A stretch of DNA of 64,000 bases, taken from Selaginella moellendorffii. Lineage: Eukaryota > Plantae > Lycopodiophyta. The position numbers and the translations under genes are program-made. Below the pieces are notes generated by a model. That model had not been told where the DNA came from. It searched no databases and saw only the letters and a program-made list of their open reading frames with translations. Positions 47,001-61,789 of the stretch are shown here, piece by piece (positions within the stretch are counted from its first letter, which is position 1; the number at the start of each line of letters is the position of its first letter). The DNA is taken from contig NW_003314321.1 of assembly GCF_000143415.4 (NCBI RefSeq), positions 382,236 through 446,235 of the forward strand, written 5' to 3'.

Positions 47001-49649
47001 GACTAGTTAGATGTCACTTAACATGTGATGTGATTCCCCTAGCCAACCAACAGAGTCAGACCCAAGACCCCTCTGATACCAAATGTAAGCTCCTGAGTTT
47101 GGACTTCCCGGGACGTCATCTAGCCTAGTACTATTTAAACCCAAAGACACTTAACCCCAAATATCCCAAGACCTTTAACCGATTAGAAAAGGGGGTGCAC
47201 TATTATTCATGGGCCCTTTCCCTCTATATTTGAACCCTATGGATTATCTCTCAAGTCATTTCCTTTAGTTGTTTACATTATCTTGGGTATCGTATTTCTT
47301 GTAAGGGTTTACAAGTTGATCATGACAAACTTGTGGCTGTTCTAAAGTTTCCTACTCCGAAGTGTGTGAATAATGTGCAACGCTTCTTAAGCAAGGTGCA
47401 GTATTTCGATCATTTTGTGAATTATCTTTTTGATTGCACTGCACCATTGCAAGTGTTGCTGAAGTTATCAACGTCATCTTTCATTTGGTCTCCAGATTGT
47501 GAGCAAGCGTTCGTGGATTTTAAAGGGCTCTTGATGACTCCTCTGGTTTTGGCATATCCTGACTACACTCGACTTTTTATTTTACGCGTGGATGCTTTTG
47601 ATATTGATCTTGGAGGTGTGTTGATGCAAGAGAGCCTGAGTGTGCCTGGTCAGCGCCATCCCATTGCATATATAAGTCATACATTACAACCAGCAGAGGT
47701 GAACTACTCCACGATAGAGAAGTGTTTAGCAGTAGTCTAGGGTTTCAAAAAACTTCATGCATATCTACATGGTTCTTAGACATTATTTGAAGGTGATCAT
47801 GCTGCCATTACTTCATTATTGAAGTGAAAGAATTTGATTGGTTATACTGTTCGGTGGGCTTTGAAGCTTTAGATAAATGATTTTGATATTGTTCATCACC
47901 CAAAGAGTTTTATATATGATGTTAATGCCCTTTTTTAAGCTCCTCTTCCTTCTCCACTCTCTTCCCATGTTTCTGATGAGTCTGTTGTTCCGGCATCTGT
48001 GGATTTTCTAAACAAGGATTCTGTGCCGTCGACGGTTGGTTCAATGTCCACAAGGTGTAAAACAAGATCAATCTTCTCTTGATGAGATTCACGAGGCTCA
48101 AAAGCTTGAGCCATGGATTCGAAGGCTTCGAGATGGGTTTGAGAATCTTGCATCACTTGTTGATGACTTGCCATTCCGGCATTTATATTCTTAGTATTGC
48201 TTTAAAGACGGCCTTCTTTATTTTGTGGGGACAGATCCTAATGATCCTTTACGGCTGGTGGTGCCTTTCGCCTTTATTCCACGGTTTCTCCATACTTACT
48301 ATGATTCTTCTGTTCTAGGCGGGTATATAGGATATTGTCGTGTGACTGAGAAGTTGCACAGATCTTTCTATTAACCAAAGATGTGACATGATGTTATCTA
48401 GTATATGTATAGCTATGTTTGGTGCCAAGCTTGTAATACTCCCCCTCATGTTGTGGAAGGACAGTTGAAGTCAATTGCAATTTCCCATCTATTTGAGTTG
48501 TTAGCATTTGATCTTATAGGACCTTTTCCACGATTAATTGCTGACAATGAATATGTTATTGTTGCTTTTGACTAGTTGACTAGTTGGGCAGAAGTTGATG
48601 CTCTTATTAGTGCCTCTGTAACTGATATTGGATACTTCTTCCTCAATCAAGTGGTGTTTCAGCATTCTTGTTCGGAGCAGATTCTTTTGGATAATGGTTC
48701 TGCATTTATGGCTGAGGCATATCATGTTTTGACATCTTGGTTAGGGATATGCTACACTTTCACAAGTGCTTATCATCCACAATTAGACGGTTTGGTAGAA
48801 TGGCTTGTTCGGACATTCAAAGGAATGATGGCGAAGTATGTGAATTTCAACATTTGAATTGGGATGGTTATTTGCTGTCTCTTCGGTATACATATGTCAC
48901 AAGGGTGCAGAGTTCTATTGATGCTTCACCATATAAACTTTTACATAGTCATGATCCAATATTACCAATAGAGTTGGGTTTACCTTCGCGATTGCCACAA
49001 GCTGCTAATGCTAAGTTGTGGGATCAGTATTTAACGAGCATTCTTCCACTTGTCTGAGCAGAATCTACCAAACACTTAGGCTGCATACAAGTGGGATAAC
49101 AACGGCATTACAACTCCAATCATTATCCACTTGCAAAATACAAAGTGGATGACTTGGTGTTAGTCCATTTTCCCTATCTTACGGTACGTGGTTTATTTAA
49201 AGAGCTCTTTGCTCAATGGAAAGGACCGTATCAGGTGTTGTGGCAAGTTGAACTGCAAGTTTATAAAGTTCGGCATGACATTTAACAGGCCGATCCTCTA
49301 GAAATTGTGCATGTGCAATAATTGAAACACTTCATACAAAGGGATTAAAAACAACTGAGACCACCTATAGATCCGCTAATGCCTCTTCCTAATGTTCCTC
49401 TAGATTCCAGCCCATTTACAAGAGAACCTTAATGGTCTTCCATTATTCCAAGAGCAGGGGATGATATGAGGTCCAAGTGTACAGCCACAATGCCATATAT
49501 TAATATAAACTAATATTAGCATAGTGGGATTTTGGTAGCATTGGATTGGTTTCAATCCAGACCACTCACTTCTATATATAAGCTAGGGTTTTTGAGTTAA
49601 TTGATATGCACATTTTCTGTATTCCCTTTCCATATTCCAAGCATTCACA
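44046..49649 (+). mobile_element. Decayed full-length Ty3/gypsy LTR retrotransposon (LTRs 44046-44173 and 49465-49649)
   Basis: Homologous terminal repeats (TGTGAGATCCAAGTGTA.. / TATGAGGTCCAAGTGTA..). PBS-like TGGTGGA at ~44175 and purine-rich PPT AGAGCAGGGGATGA. Gag/protease (VDT, ILGIDWL), RT (FCIDYRPLN, LDLAFGYW), RNase H (VDAFDIDLGGVL), integrase (DNGSAF, YHPQLDG). No TSD found. Confidence 0.88.
46746..47277 (-). mobile_element. Cassandra-like TRIM, complete, nested in the gypsy RT region (LTRs 46746-46930 and 47084-47277)
   Basis: TG..CA LTRs with 5S-like core. PBS TGGTATCAGAG (rc 47071-47081). 153-bp internal region. TSD TTATC at 46741-46745 and 47278-47282. Confidence 0.95.
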
Positions 49650-50746
49650 CTTCCAAAAGAATAAAGTAAAAGTGAAAAATAAAATTAGACTTAATATTAA
49701 ACATATTTATGAGTAAAGCAAGTTTCAACTTTTGGCTGTATAAAACTCATTTATAACATAACGATAAGCAAAATCCACTCATTGTTAAAAGAAACAACAA
49801 AAATAACTGAAGAAAGACAGAATAAAGGATAAAAATCAATAAAAATAACTGAAGAAAGATAGAAAAAAGGAAAAGAATGATTTTATGTTCAATACTTTAG
49901 ATTCTAAATATATAATAGGGGTAGGTTGGATGGCTCATAATTGGAGTTTAAATGTTTTAAGATTGTTTTAATGTTGTTATTTATATGCTTTCAGTTTTTA
50001 TTTATATGCTCAAGAATTTAACTCTATCCCTTCATTTAGTGGTTTAAAGCCTTGAAACTTAAATCCTACTTTATTAATGCCAAAGGTTATACTCCACTTT
50101 TTTAGTTATCAAGTATAAGGTCAAAACTATATACGTTATAAAGCTTTGATACAATTGCTATAATTTGCTGATGATAGTGCACTCATAATCAATATCATTA
50201 AACATATTAGTAAACTGCTAAACAAAATGATTGAAATATTGGAAAACAAGGTCCAACTCTTTTCAAAAAGGGTAGGGAAACTATAAGCAATCAAAGAAAA
50301 CAAATTTGAGAGATAATCCATTTAAGTTTAAATATAGAGGAATGGGGTTAAATGTTATTAGGACTTCTCATGAAGTTTAATTCAAAAATTTACATTAGGT
50401 ATTAGAGGATAATTACATCATAATAATTATATTATATAATTATTATTATTTAGTATATATATACAAAACTTCTTTTAGCTTCAAAAATGTTATAGATTTA
50501 AATATGTTAGTAGTTAGTAAGGTATTTATTGTTGATAATTTTTCCCAAATTATATATAGTAAAAGAGGCAGTAATAAATTAAATTTAACAGAAAAGGTTT
50601 AAATTGATGTGCACATATTTATTATTTATTATTTATTAATTTAATCAGGAGAATATATGAGAGTTCATTTTTTATATAATCTTGTCACTTTTGATAAATC
50701 CATGTTAAAACTAATTTATAATACCTATAAATAATATACATTAAAA

Positions 50747-51667
50747 ATGCAAAACAGAATAATGATTTCCAGATTTCTTTTTATTAATCTATTTCTAATT
50801 TCTTTTTTATGCATATATTCTGAATGTATGGTTGAGTATATAGGAAAAGAGGGTGTCATACCTGTAGGTGGTCCTCGTAACATTATTATATCTACCCTTG
50901 ATGAAGTTATGAATCTTATTAGCTCAGATTATAGTTATTCTTATGGACAAGCTTTTGCCCTTTTTAATGTGATTGGATCATTTAGGGTGTTAGTAAGTGC
51001 ATGGTTATTAAGTCCTGTAAATGATCAAGGCTATTGTAGTGGTCAATATGATAAATTTGCTGGAGCTTCTGGTGATGATTTTAAAAATGGTTTATGGCCT
51101 ATTTATCATGTACTCAATGATATAAGCACATGGAAGGGGTATGATGCTATAGTTATAGTTAATGCAAATTTTATGGTTTTCTATTATTTAAGATATGGTT
51201 CAGAAATACCAAACTTAAACATTTTAAAGATTAATGGGTCAGAAACTTCAGATATTATAAATCCCCAGGATTTTTATGATTGTTCAATATCATTTACAGG
51301 TCTTATTACTGGAGATGATTATAATACATTTGCAGTTATGGAACCAGGCACAACAAAATTTTCACCAAATAAACATTATGAATTAATTCTACTACATAAT
51401 TGTGAGCTTGTATTTATGGATGTGATTAAAGATGAGGAAAAGTTTAAAGCCGGTAATGGTAATGAAGGGCAATATGGTTGTAAATTAAGACTCCAATCGG
51501 ATGGAAATTTAGTATTATATAAGAAAGATGGAACATCAAGTTGGAATATAAATAAATATTGTTCTCCATCACCTTGTGAATTAGTATCTGTTTTAGCTAT
51601 TCAAGATGATGGAAACTTAGTGTTGTATCGTAGTTTGAATGGCCATGTGGCATGGTCTTTATGGTAG
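50747..51667 (+). CDS. Secreted unknown-domain + B-type lectin fusion, copy 3
   Basis: 306-aa intronless ORF, highly similar to copy 2, with two QxDxNxVxY motifs. Confidence 0.85.
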   Translation: MQNRIMISRFLFINLFLISFLCIYSECMVEYIGKEGVIPVGGPRNIIISTLDEVMNLISSDYSYSYGQAFALFNVIGSFRVLVSAWLLSPVNDQGYCSGQYDKFAGASGDDFKNGLWPIYHVLNDISTWKGYDAIVIVNANFMVFYYLRYGSEIPNLNILKINGSETSDIINPQDFYDCSISFTGLITGDDYNTFAVMEPGTTKFSPNKHYELILLHNCELVFMDVIKDEEKFKAGNGNEGQYGCKLRLQSDGNLVLYKKDGTSSWNINKYCSPSPCELVSVLAIQDDGNLVLYRSLNGHVAWSLW

Positions 51668-51754
51668 AGCACGGATCTCATGTGCATTATAAGATTCAAA
51701 ATAATACATTACATAATCATTAAAATAGTAAATCTAGGGTTATACTGCCAGGGC

Positions 51755-53140
51755 ATGGCTTGGTGGAAGAGGCCGTGGCGCTTGATCCGGTAAGCGACAG
51801 AGCTAAATCTTTGCATTTGAGTGAGAGTGCCCTCCAGCAGTTCGATGGATTCATACTCTCGGAAATCAAGGAGCAGCATTGTCCTTGTCGATCAAACAAG
51901 GAGCGCCTTCTCCAGTTCCAGGCCGCATCTTCGAGAGCTGGGAGAAAATCTCCAAGGCAAGGCTTGTGTAGCAAACTCCGCGGCGCTCATCTCGTTTTGC
52001 CACAGAGTGGAGGATCTGGACGAGGCCAGACAGCTCCTCGCGCGGAGCAAAGAGCAGGGAGCCAAGCCGGAATTTTCGTGCTACCACACGCTCCTGGATG
52101 GATGCTGCAAGTTTGGATCTCCCGACGAGCTTCTCGCCGTGATCAGTGAGATGGACGAGTGTGGGACTCCTCCGGATGCTCGAGCTTACGCTTTTCTCAT
52201 CGCAAGCTACGCGAAGGCCAGTATGCTCGACAAAGCGTCGGAGATCTTCCAAACTCTCCGGAGAAAGAACGCTGGGATTGAGAGCTCCGTGTACTCGAGC
52301 TTGGTTTGGCTCTACTGCCAGGCAGATCGACCGAAGGATGCCGAGGAGTTTCTTAAGGCGATGGAGGAGGATAGGAAAGACGAGGATTGTATCAGCTACA
52401 ACGTTGTCATCTCGGCGTACCAGAGAATGGGCTGCTACTCCGACGCTACGAGGATTTTCCAGGACATGAAGAAAAAGAAGAAGAAAGAAACTCTCGGCCG
52501 GAGCACTTACAAGCTGATGCTCGACGTCTATCTCAAGGCCAGCGATCACGACTCTTTTGACAAGCTCTTCAAGGAAATGCTGGGATCTAAAGTCTCTGGA
52601 GAAGCCAGCACTCTGGAAGCCGCTGTGAATCTCTACGCCTCCAGAGACAGCGTCAAGGATGCGGAGTGGCTCTACGAGAATTTGGCTCCCAGTGGAAGCC
52701 GCTTGACTGTTCTTGGATACAACAAGCTCTTGGAGCTCTTCCTAGCGGCTGGCAACACAGCGATGGTGGACAGGATCTACCGGGAGATGCCTAGAGTCGT
52801 CTCTCCGGATCAAACCACCAGGCGCTTGGTGATGACTGCGTTCTTGCGAGCGCAGAGCTTCCGCGGGGCCGTGGAGCTCCACGAAGAGATCCTGAGAGAA
52901 AGCGGCGGCGTCCAACCTCTGCTGGATCCGCAAAGCTTTGCGCTACTCGTCCGAGCTTACGTGAAGATGGAGCGCTTCTTTGAGGCCATGAAGCTGGTGG
53001 TTCTCATGCGAAAGGCAGGAATGAAGGTGGACGAGGAGATTTACGAGAAAGTGGTCACTGGGATGGTCTCGGTCCAAGGTAAAGCATTCTTTCTCCTTCT
53101 TTTTCTCTGATCTTCTCTAATGGTTCCAGGACGAAGTTGA
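51755..53140 (+). CDS. P-class pentatricopeptide repeat protein (organelle-targeted)
   Basis: 35-aa PPR repeats (CYHTLLDGCCK, AYAFLIASYAK, SYNVVISAYQR). Probable first exon MAWWKRPWRLIR before GTAAG; short last exon after an intron at ~53079-53129. Exact 5' splice site uncertain. Confidence 0.82.
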
Positions 53141-53486
53141 TCCAGGACGAAGGGTTAACTTGTTCTTCAGTTTGGGCATTGCTTACCAAGATCCGTTATG
53201 CCTAAGTTGGGCATATTACCAGCCTCGAGATTCTCCTATCTATGAAAAGGAAGTTTAGAGCTGCTCGTGAATTCTAAAGTTATCACTTTAGCTTGATCCA
53301 TATGCATAGTTTGGACATCTATGTCCCACTTTTTGATTCCCAGCCTCGGGATTCTCTTCGCACTACGAGAACTTCTTTGGCTCTTAAGTAACGAGAATTT
53401 TAGAACTCTTGTCGTGCTCGCAACACCATTGTATTAAGAAACAAAAGGAAAAAAAATTCCACCACATCACGAAGCTTTTGGTCATA

Positions 53487-54933
<1,447 letters not shown>

Positions 54934-55079
54934 GAAGATTCCCCGTGGCGGAGACACGAAATCCTGCCTTGGAGCTCGAGAACCCCCCAGAAACGAGGAG
55001 CGAAGAAGCCACCAGAGCTAGGCGGCGGCGTCCGCCATGACCATCGCTCTCGAGGGTTCTTCTTCTCTCACTAGGTGTG

Positions 55080-55112
55080 GCGCGGGAAGTGACGTGGCGG
55101 GAGGTGATTGGC
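55080..55112. promoter_or_regulatory. Candidate E2F-like, G-box/ABRE and CCAAT motifs in the CDKA/oxidoreductase bidirectional promoter
   Basis: GCGCGGGAAG (rc CTTCCCGCGC), GACGTGGC, GGCGGGAG and ATTGG are clustered within ~35 bp. Confidence 0.4.
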
Positions 55113-55164
55113 ATTTGGCTGCCATAGAGATATTTTGTTTTGGTGAAGTTTATTTTAGGGTTTT

Positions 55165-57415
55165 ATGGCGGGTGCTTGCTCCATCGCCGTTGTGGCGGCG
55201 CCATCGGCGTCATTGATTCGTCGGCTGGGAGGTAAACCTTTCGGGGAATGTAAGCGCGTGAGAGGATTTCGGGGGCGGATCGTCAGTGTTGGAGCACGGA
55301 AGAATGCCGGGGACTTCGATTTCGATGAGATGCCTGTCGTGGAGCAGCGCAAGAATGGGCGGTTCTTCCTGGAGATTGATTCCGAGGATGATCAAGAAGA
55401 TGATCGACCTAGTAAGCCGGCTCGCAGCAAAGAAGCCGGTGCTGCAGCGTCCAAGAGATTGCGGCCAAGCCGGGAATCCAGTCCGTCTAGACAGGGAGGA
55501 GAATCCATGAGGCTTCGCAAGAGGAGTGATTTTGGAGGTGACGATGAGGTGATCCCGGTGCCAAAGAAGGATGTTCCCAGGAAAGATGGTCGGAGTAGAA
55601 TGGTGGAGACGAGGACGAGAACTTCCTCGACTGGTGAGAGATCGTCCTCAAGTGGTGAAAGATCGTTTTCAAGTGGTGAGAGATCGTCCTCTGTAAGAAA
55701 GATGACCGAGGAGACAGCAGAAAGGATTTCTAGCCGCCGGGAAAAAAAGAATCCACCACTTCGGGAACAGGTTTATCTTCCTTCTCTCGTGAAGAAAAAT
55801 CCACAGGTGGCGATTTTGGGTGGTGGGATGTCGGGCCTTGTGTGTGCTCTTACGCTCGAAGAACGGGGCATTCGATCGACAGTTTTCGACACGGTACGTA
55901 TGCTATAGTATTTTTCATGTCCATCGAGACTGAAGTTCTTTTCGTTTGAATGAAGGGAAAACATGGACTAGGAGGAAGAATGGGTACTAGAGACATTGTC
56001 CATCGTGACGGGAAGCGGCTAGTTTTCGACCATGCGGCGCAGTACTTCACTGTCAAGGATCCAATGTTTCAGAAGCTCGTTGATCAATGGCTGTCAGAGG
56101 GAGCGGTTAAAGAATGGGATGGAGTCGTCGGCATGCTACGAGAGGGAGAGTTCAGTCCATTGCCCCACTCCGTGAAGTATGTTGCGACTCATGGCATGCG
56201 ACTTCTTGCGGATCATATGGTTTCTAAGGTAAGGTAAGGTGAGTACTTACGTCTGTCATGCTTCCGGCTTACGATGTGCATTGGCGCAGGCACGTTTGAT
56301 CACTATCCAGCATCCATGCTGGATAAGCTCGATGGAAGTAGATAATGGCACCTGGAACCTCAAGGAAAATGACCTCGGGCAGGGACAGTTCGATGCGGTG
56401 GTTATCGCACACAATGGTTAGTATTCCAGATCCATCTTCTTCGACTTTAAACTCTTTGCTTCTTAGGAAAATGCGCAAATCGATTATTAGGACCATCGGG
56501 TGCTCCTTTAGTTGCAAAACAGATGAAGGTATGTGTAGTAAGCTAAGGTGGTTTCTGAGAGTGGTTTGCAGAGGCTGGAGCTAAGCTCTGTTTGGGCTCT
56601 TCTTGCGGCTTTTGACGAGCCTTTACCTGCGCCGGCAGACGGTAGTAAATTGGATGGAGCGTTTGTTGAAGGAATAAACTCACTTTCTTGGATGGGGAAC
56701 AACAGCCAAAAGCTGTATCTGAATCAGCATCCACATTGTTGGACTTTTTTCAGTACTGCGGCTTATGGGAAAAAGCACAAGGTGCCACAGGTCAGTAGCA
56801 GAAATCAGATTATGCAGTTTCTTGAAGCTTCGCTGTTATTTGTCAGGAAAGCATTCCTACGGTAAAAGCCGAGAGAGTGAGACGTGAAGTTCTACGTGGA
56901 GTTGAGATGGCCCTTGGCATACCAGAAGGCACTTTGCCTGCGCCATTTTACACTCGTGTCCAACTATGGTAACTCCAAGGTTTTCTATGGGAACACACTT
57001 GAACTCACTCCGCTCTTCGCGTTTCAGGGGAGCAGCGCTTCCAACTAATACGCCTGGAGTACCTTGCATTTTCGATGCACATGCAAGAGTTGGCATTTGT
57101 GGCGACTGGCTTCTGGGTGCGAGCTTGGAGTCTGCTGCCAGGAGTGGCATGGCACTAGCTCATCATGTAAGTCTGTTCGTTTTCTCTCATTCTTGTATCA
57201 ACCTGTTTATCTTTCATCAGATTGCTGATTACTGTGAAAAGTCGCGAGACGGCTACGTCGAGGACAGCAGGGCAAGCCTGGAGAAATTTAGTATAGGACT
57301 AGACATGCCACTCTCAGCACTGGAAAGCCATGACATCGGGGAATTTCCAGGAGCTACAACTCCACGGCAGCAGCAAATCTCCGGCAGAGCACTGGCAGTG
57401 GCCAGGGCTGAGTGA
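55165..57415 (+). CDS. FAD/NAD(P)-dependent oxidoreductase (renalase-like), probably plastid-targeted, multi-exon
   Basis: VAILGGGMSGLVCA Rossmann motif, GLGGRMGTR, FDHAAQYFTV, GICGDWL...ESAARSG. Confidence 0.9.
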
Positions 57416-57716
57416 ACTTGTGGAGAGTAGTCTGGACAATTTTGGTGAGTTTTTCATGAGTTTTGACAGAATCCATGATCATGATTTCATACAGGTAAGA
57501 TCCCCTTGGCCACGTCTGCTGCCAAGTCACTTTCTGTGACATGTCACTTATCTCGTCAGTAAGAGATAGCAGTGGTCGCAAGGACTGTGCGGCGCCATTT
57601 CTTTCGTTTCCTATCCTGCTGCTTCACCTCTTCAGCTGAAACTTTCCATTTTACTCACCCTCCAGCAGTTAGGCACTGCTTCGAAGATATAACGCGCGGT
57701 CCAAACTAAGAAGAAG

Positions 57717-59275
<1,559 letters not shown>

Positions 59276-59647
59276 GATTTCTTTTGGTTTTGCTTCAACG
59301 ACGGGTTTATGTTTAAAATTTGTGAATATATTTAAGATTCGGGAATATGTGGTGTCAGATTATCTCACATGCCGTAGCTCAAACTCGTGCCACCGAAACT
59401 GTATATAATGTTAGTCGGGGCTGTTGTGTGCTTGGGCCGTGGCCACCTGATCAGTGGCAATCATGGCCATTGCACGCCGCGGCAAAGAGTAAGCCCATAA
59501 ATCCTAAAACCTAAGATGCATTAATCGATGCACTTGGCGAGATTATGCAAGTTTTTAATATAGAACCGAATGTTAATATTAAGGAAACAAGTTTGTTATT
59601 CCTATTCGGATTTGGATCTTGAAGAAAAAATTGAATCATGTGAAAGT

Positions 59648-59719
59648 GGTTTCATGGTCTAGTGGTGATGACACTGGACTCTGAATCCAGTAACCCGAGT
59701 TCAAACCTCGGCGAAACCT
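59648..59719 (+). tRNA. trnQ-CTG: tRNA-Gln (anticodon CTG)
   Basis: 72-nt cloverleaf: GGTTTCA acceptor, D-arm TGGTCTAGTGG, anticodon arm CTGGA-CTCTGAA-TCCAG, T-arm CCGAG-TTCAAAC-CTCGG. Confidence 0.88.
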
Positions 59720-60169
59720 TGTGATTTATAATACGTACTATAGTGTTTAGCAACAACATTGATGGATCATTGATGGATGGATGAATGAATTTTTCATTAA
59801 AATTGCCATCTAAATTAGCTCATGGTGTCTGAGCCCGGGACCGAGACTCCTTTGATTCTCTGACTCCTTTGATTCTCTAAATCCTCTTATACAAATTATT
59901 TCATTGTTGTAATTTTAACTGATTATACTAGTGAAGAGATTTTTGCAGAAGAGTGATTAGGTTAGCTCAACAGTGTAACTTCTTCAAAACCAGCATCTCG
60001 CCATCTCAAGGTTTCTCATGTTCCTCATGAGAACAATGGCTACAGGGGTGTAAATGCAACACGGTCGGACGTGGCCAACGTGTTGAAGAACCCAAATGAA
60101 AAAATAAAAGAACACTTTCTATTACAAAAGAATAGTGCTGTACAAAAGAATGTAAGTACATGGAAGCTC

Positions 60170-61141
60170 TCAAAACTGGCCACAGTCCGCGGGAGTCGTC
60201 GGGAACCTCTTGCTGTCGGTGCAGTAGTCGTAGATCATGTAGTTGTCCTTGACCCACTTGAGCTTGCTCTTGGTCTCCTCGTCGGTGCTCTGGAATGCCT
60301 CTTGCTCCCACCAGTTGCCCTCGGGAGCACTGCACGACTCCACACCCCCGGCGCAAGCATCCACGCTGAATCCCTTGTACGCCGCCACGAATGGAGCGTG
60401 ATCCCAGTTGATCTTCTCCAGCCCGCCGCGAGTAGCCCAGTCGTCTCCGTTCCACAGGCTCGAGTAGATCCCCATTGGCTGGCTCTTTGGGAATGGGATC
60501 CCGATGGCTTCGTTGTTCTTGTGGACACGCAGAGGGACATCGTCCACGTAGAATCTGAGGGACCAAAACCACAGTTTGAGCGATTATCGAAAAGTTTTCG
60601 CAAAAAACTTACATGATCTGCTGCTTGTTCCAGAGGACGGAATAGGTGTGGAAGTCCTGAGTGGGGTCGAACCAGAGGTAGTGTCGCTGCTCCCGGTTTC
60701 CAACGCCATTGGCGAAAACGTTGGTCTGGACGATGTATGGCTGCCCGGAAACGTTCCCCAAGAACTCAAAGTCGATCTCGTCGTGCTTGTCGGTCTCCGA
60801 GGACATGTAGAATGCCGTCACAGTTCCAGCAGAGTCATTAGGAACCAGCTTGATCTTCATGCTGATATGACCGAACAAGTATTTGCTGCGGGACCCAAAT
60901 CCAGCACCTATCATGCAACAGGACTTGATCAGCAAAACAGAAGCTTGAGAGAGGGATCGTTACCTGAAACCTTGTCGAGAACAAGCTGCATTTCGCTGCC
61001 ACCGTTGATCACTCGCGTATGATCATTGGCCCATCGGACATAGTAGTTCTCAGAGAAAGACACATCTGACTTTGGTGGGAGACGAGCAGAGAATGCAAGC
61101 TCGGCCAACAACAGCAATGCAATGACTTTGAGAGCACCCAT
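60170..61141 (-). CDS. XTH: Xyloglucan endotransglucosylase/hydrolase (GH16), 3 exons
   Basis: Signal peptide [13 protein letters not shown], catalytic [34 protein letters not shown]. Confidence 0.96.
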
Positions 61142-61789
61142 TGCTCGATCGAAACTCCTGGCAGGAACAGAAGACTTGTATGATCGAAGGCTTGGGATGA
61201 AACTTCGAATACTGGGGATGGAGTTTGCAATGGTTACCACTGGAGTGGTGATGGAGATTTATAGATGTTGCCATTGCCGCGGAATAAACGCGTGATAGGA
61301 AAAAGAATGAGTTGGAGGCTTAATAGGATCCAGCTCAAGAGAGAGTAAGGTCGCCATATTTTGTTGGTATGGGAGGAAGCTTCTGCGCGAGCGAAGAGAG
61401 GATTGGCTGTGTGGCAAGAAGTTTCTCGTGAGAAAAACTGAGCTCGTTGCCCATCTGTAATCCAACACAGCAAAGCAAGACGAAATTCAAAACCAATAAA
61501 CGTGTTGATGTTGATCGTCTCTACCTCGTAAGTACCTCACTTTCAAGTAGTTTAGTTTTTCCGTGTCTGGCATTAACAGCTGTGGTGTTTTGTCCCTTGC
61601 CACTAGCGACATGCCGCGGGAAGTATAATCTGTTGAAAGCACAGGAAAAGAAAAAGAAAAAGAAAAAAAAAAAAAAAAACAGGCAAGGAGTGGTGAACCC
61701 AACAGATGGGAAAAAGAAACAGTGTTGTCACGTACGCGTTTTGTGGACGACATTTCTACCAATCGGGGCCGAGTGTCAAGACGATTTAG

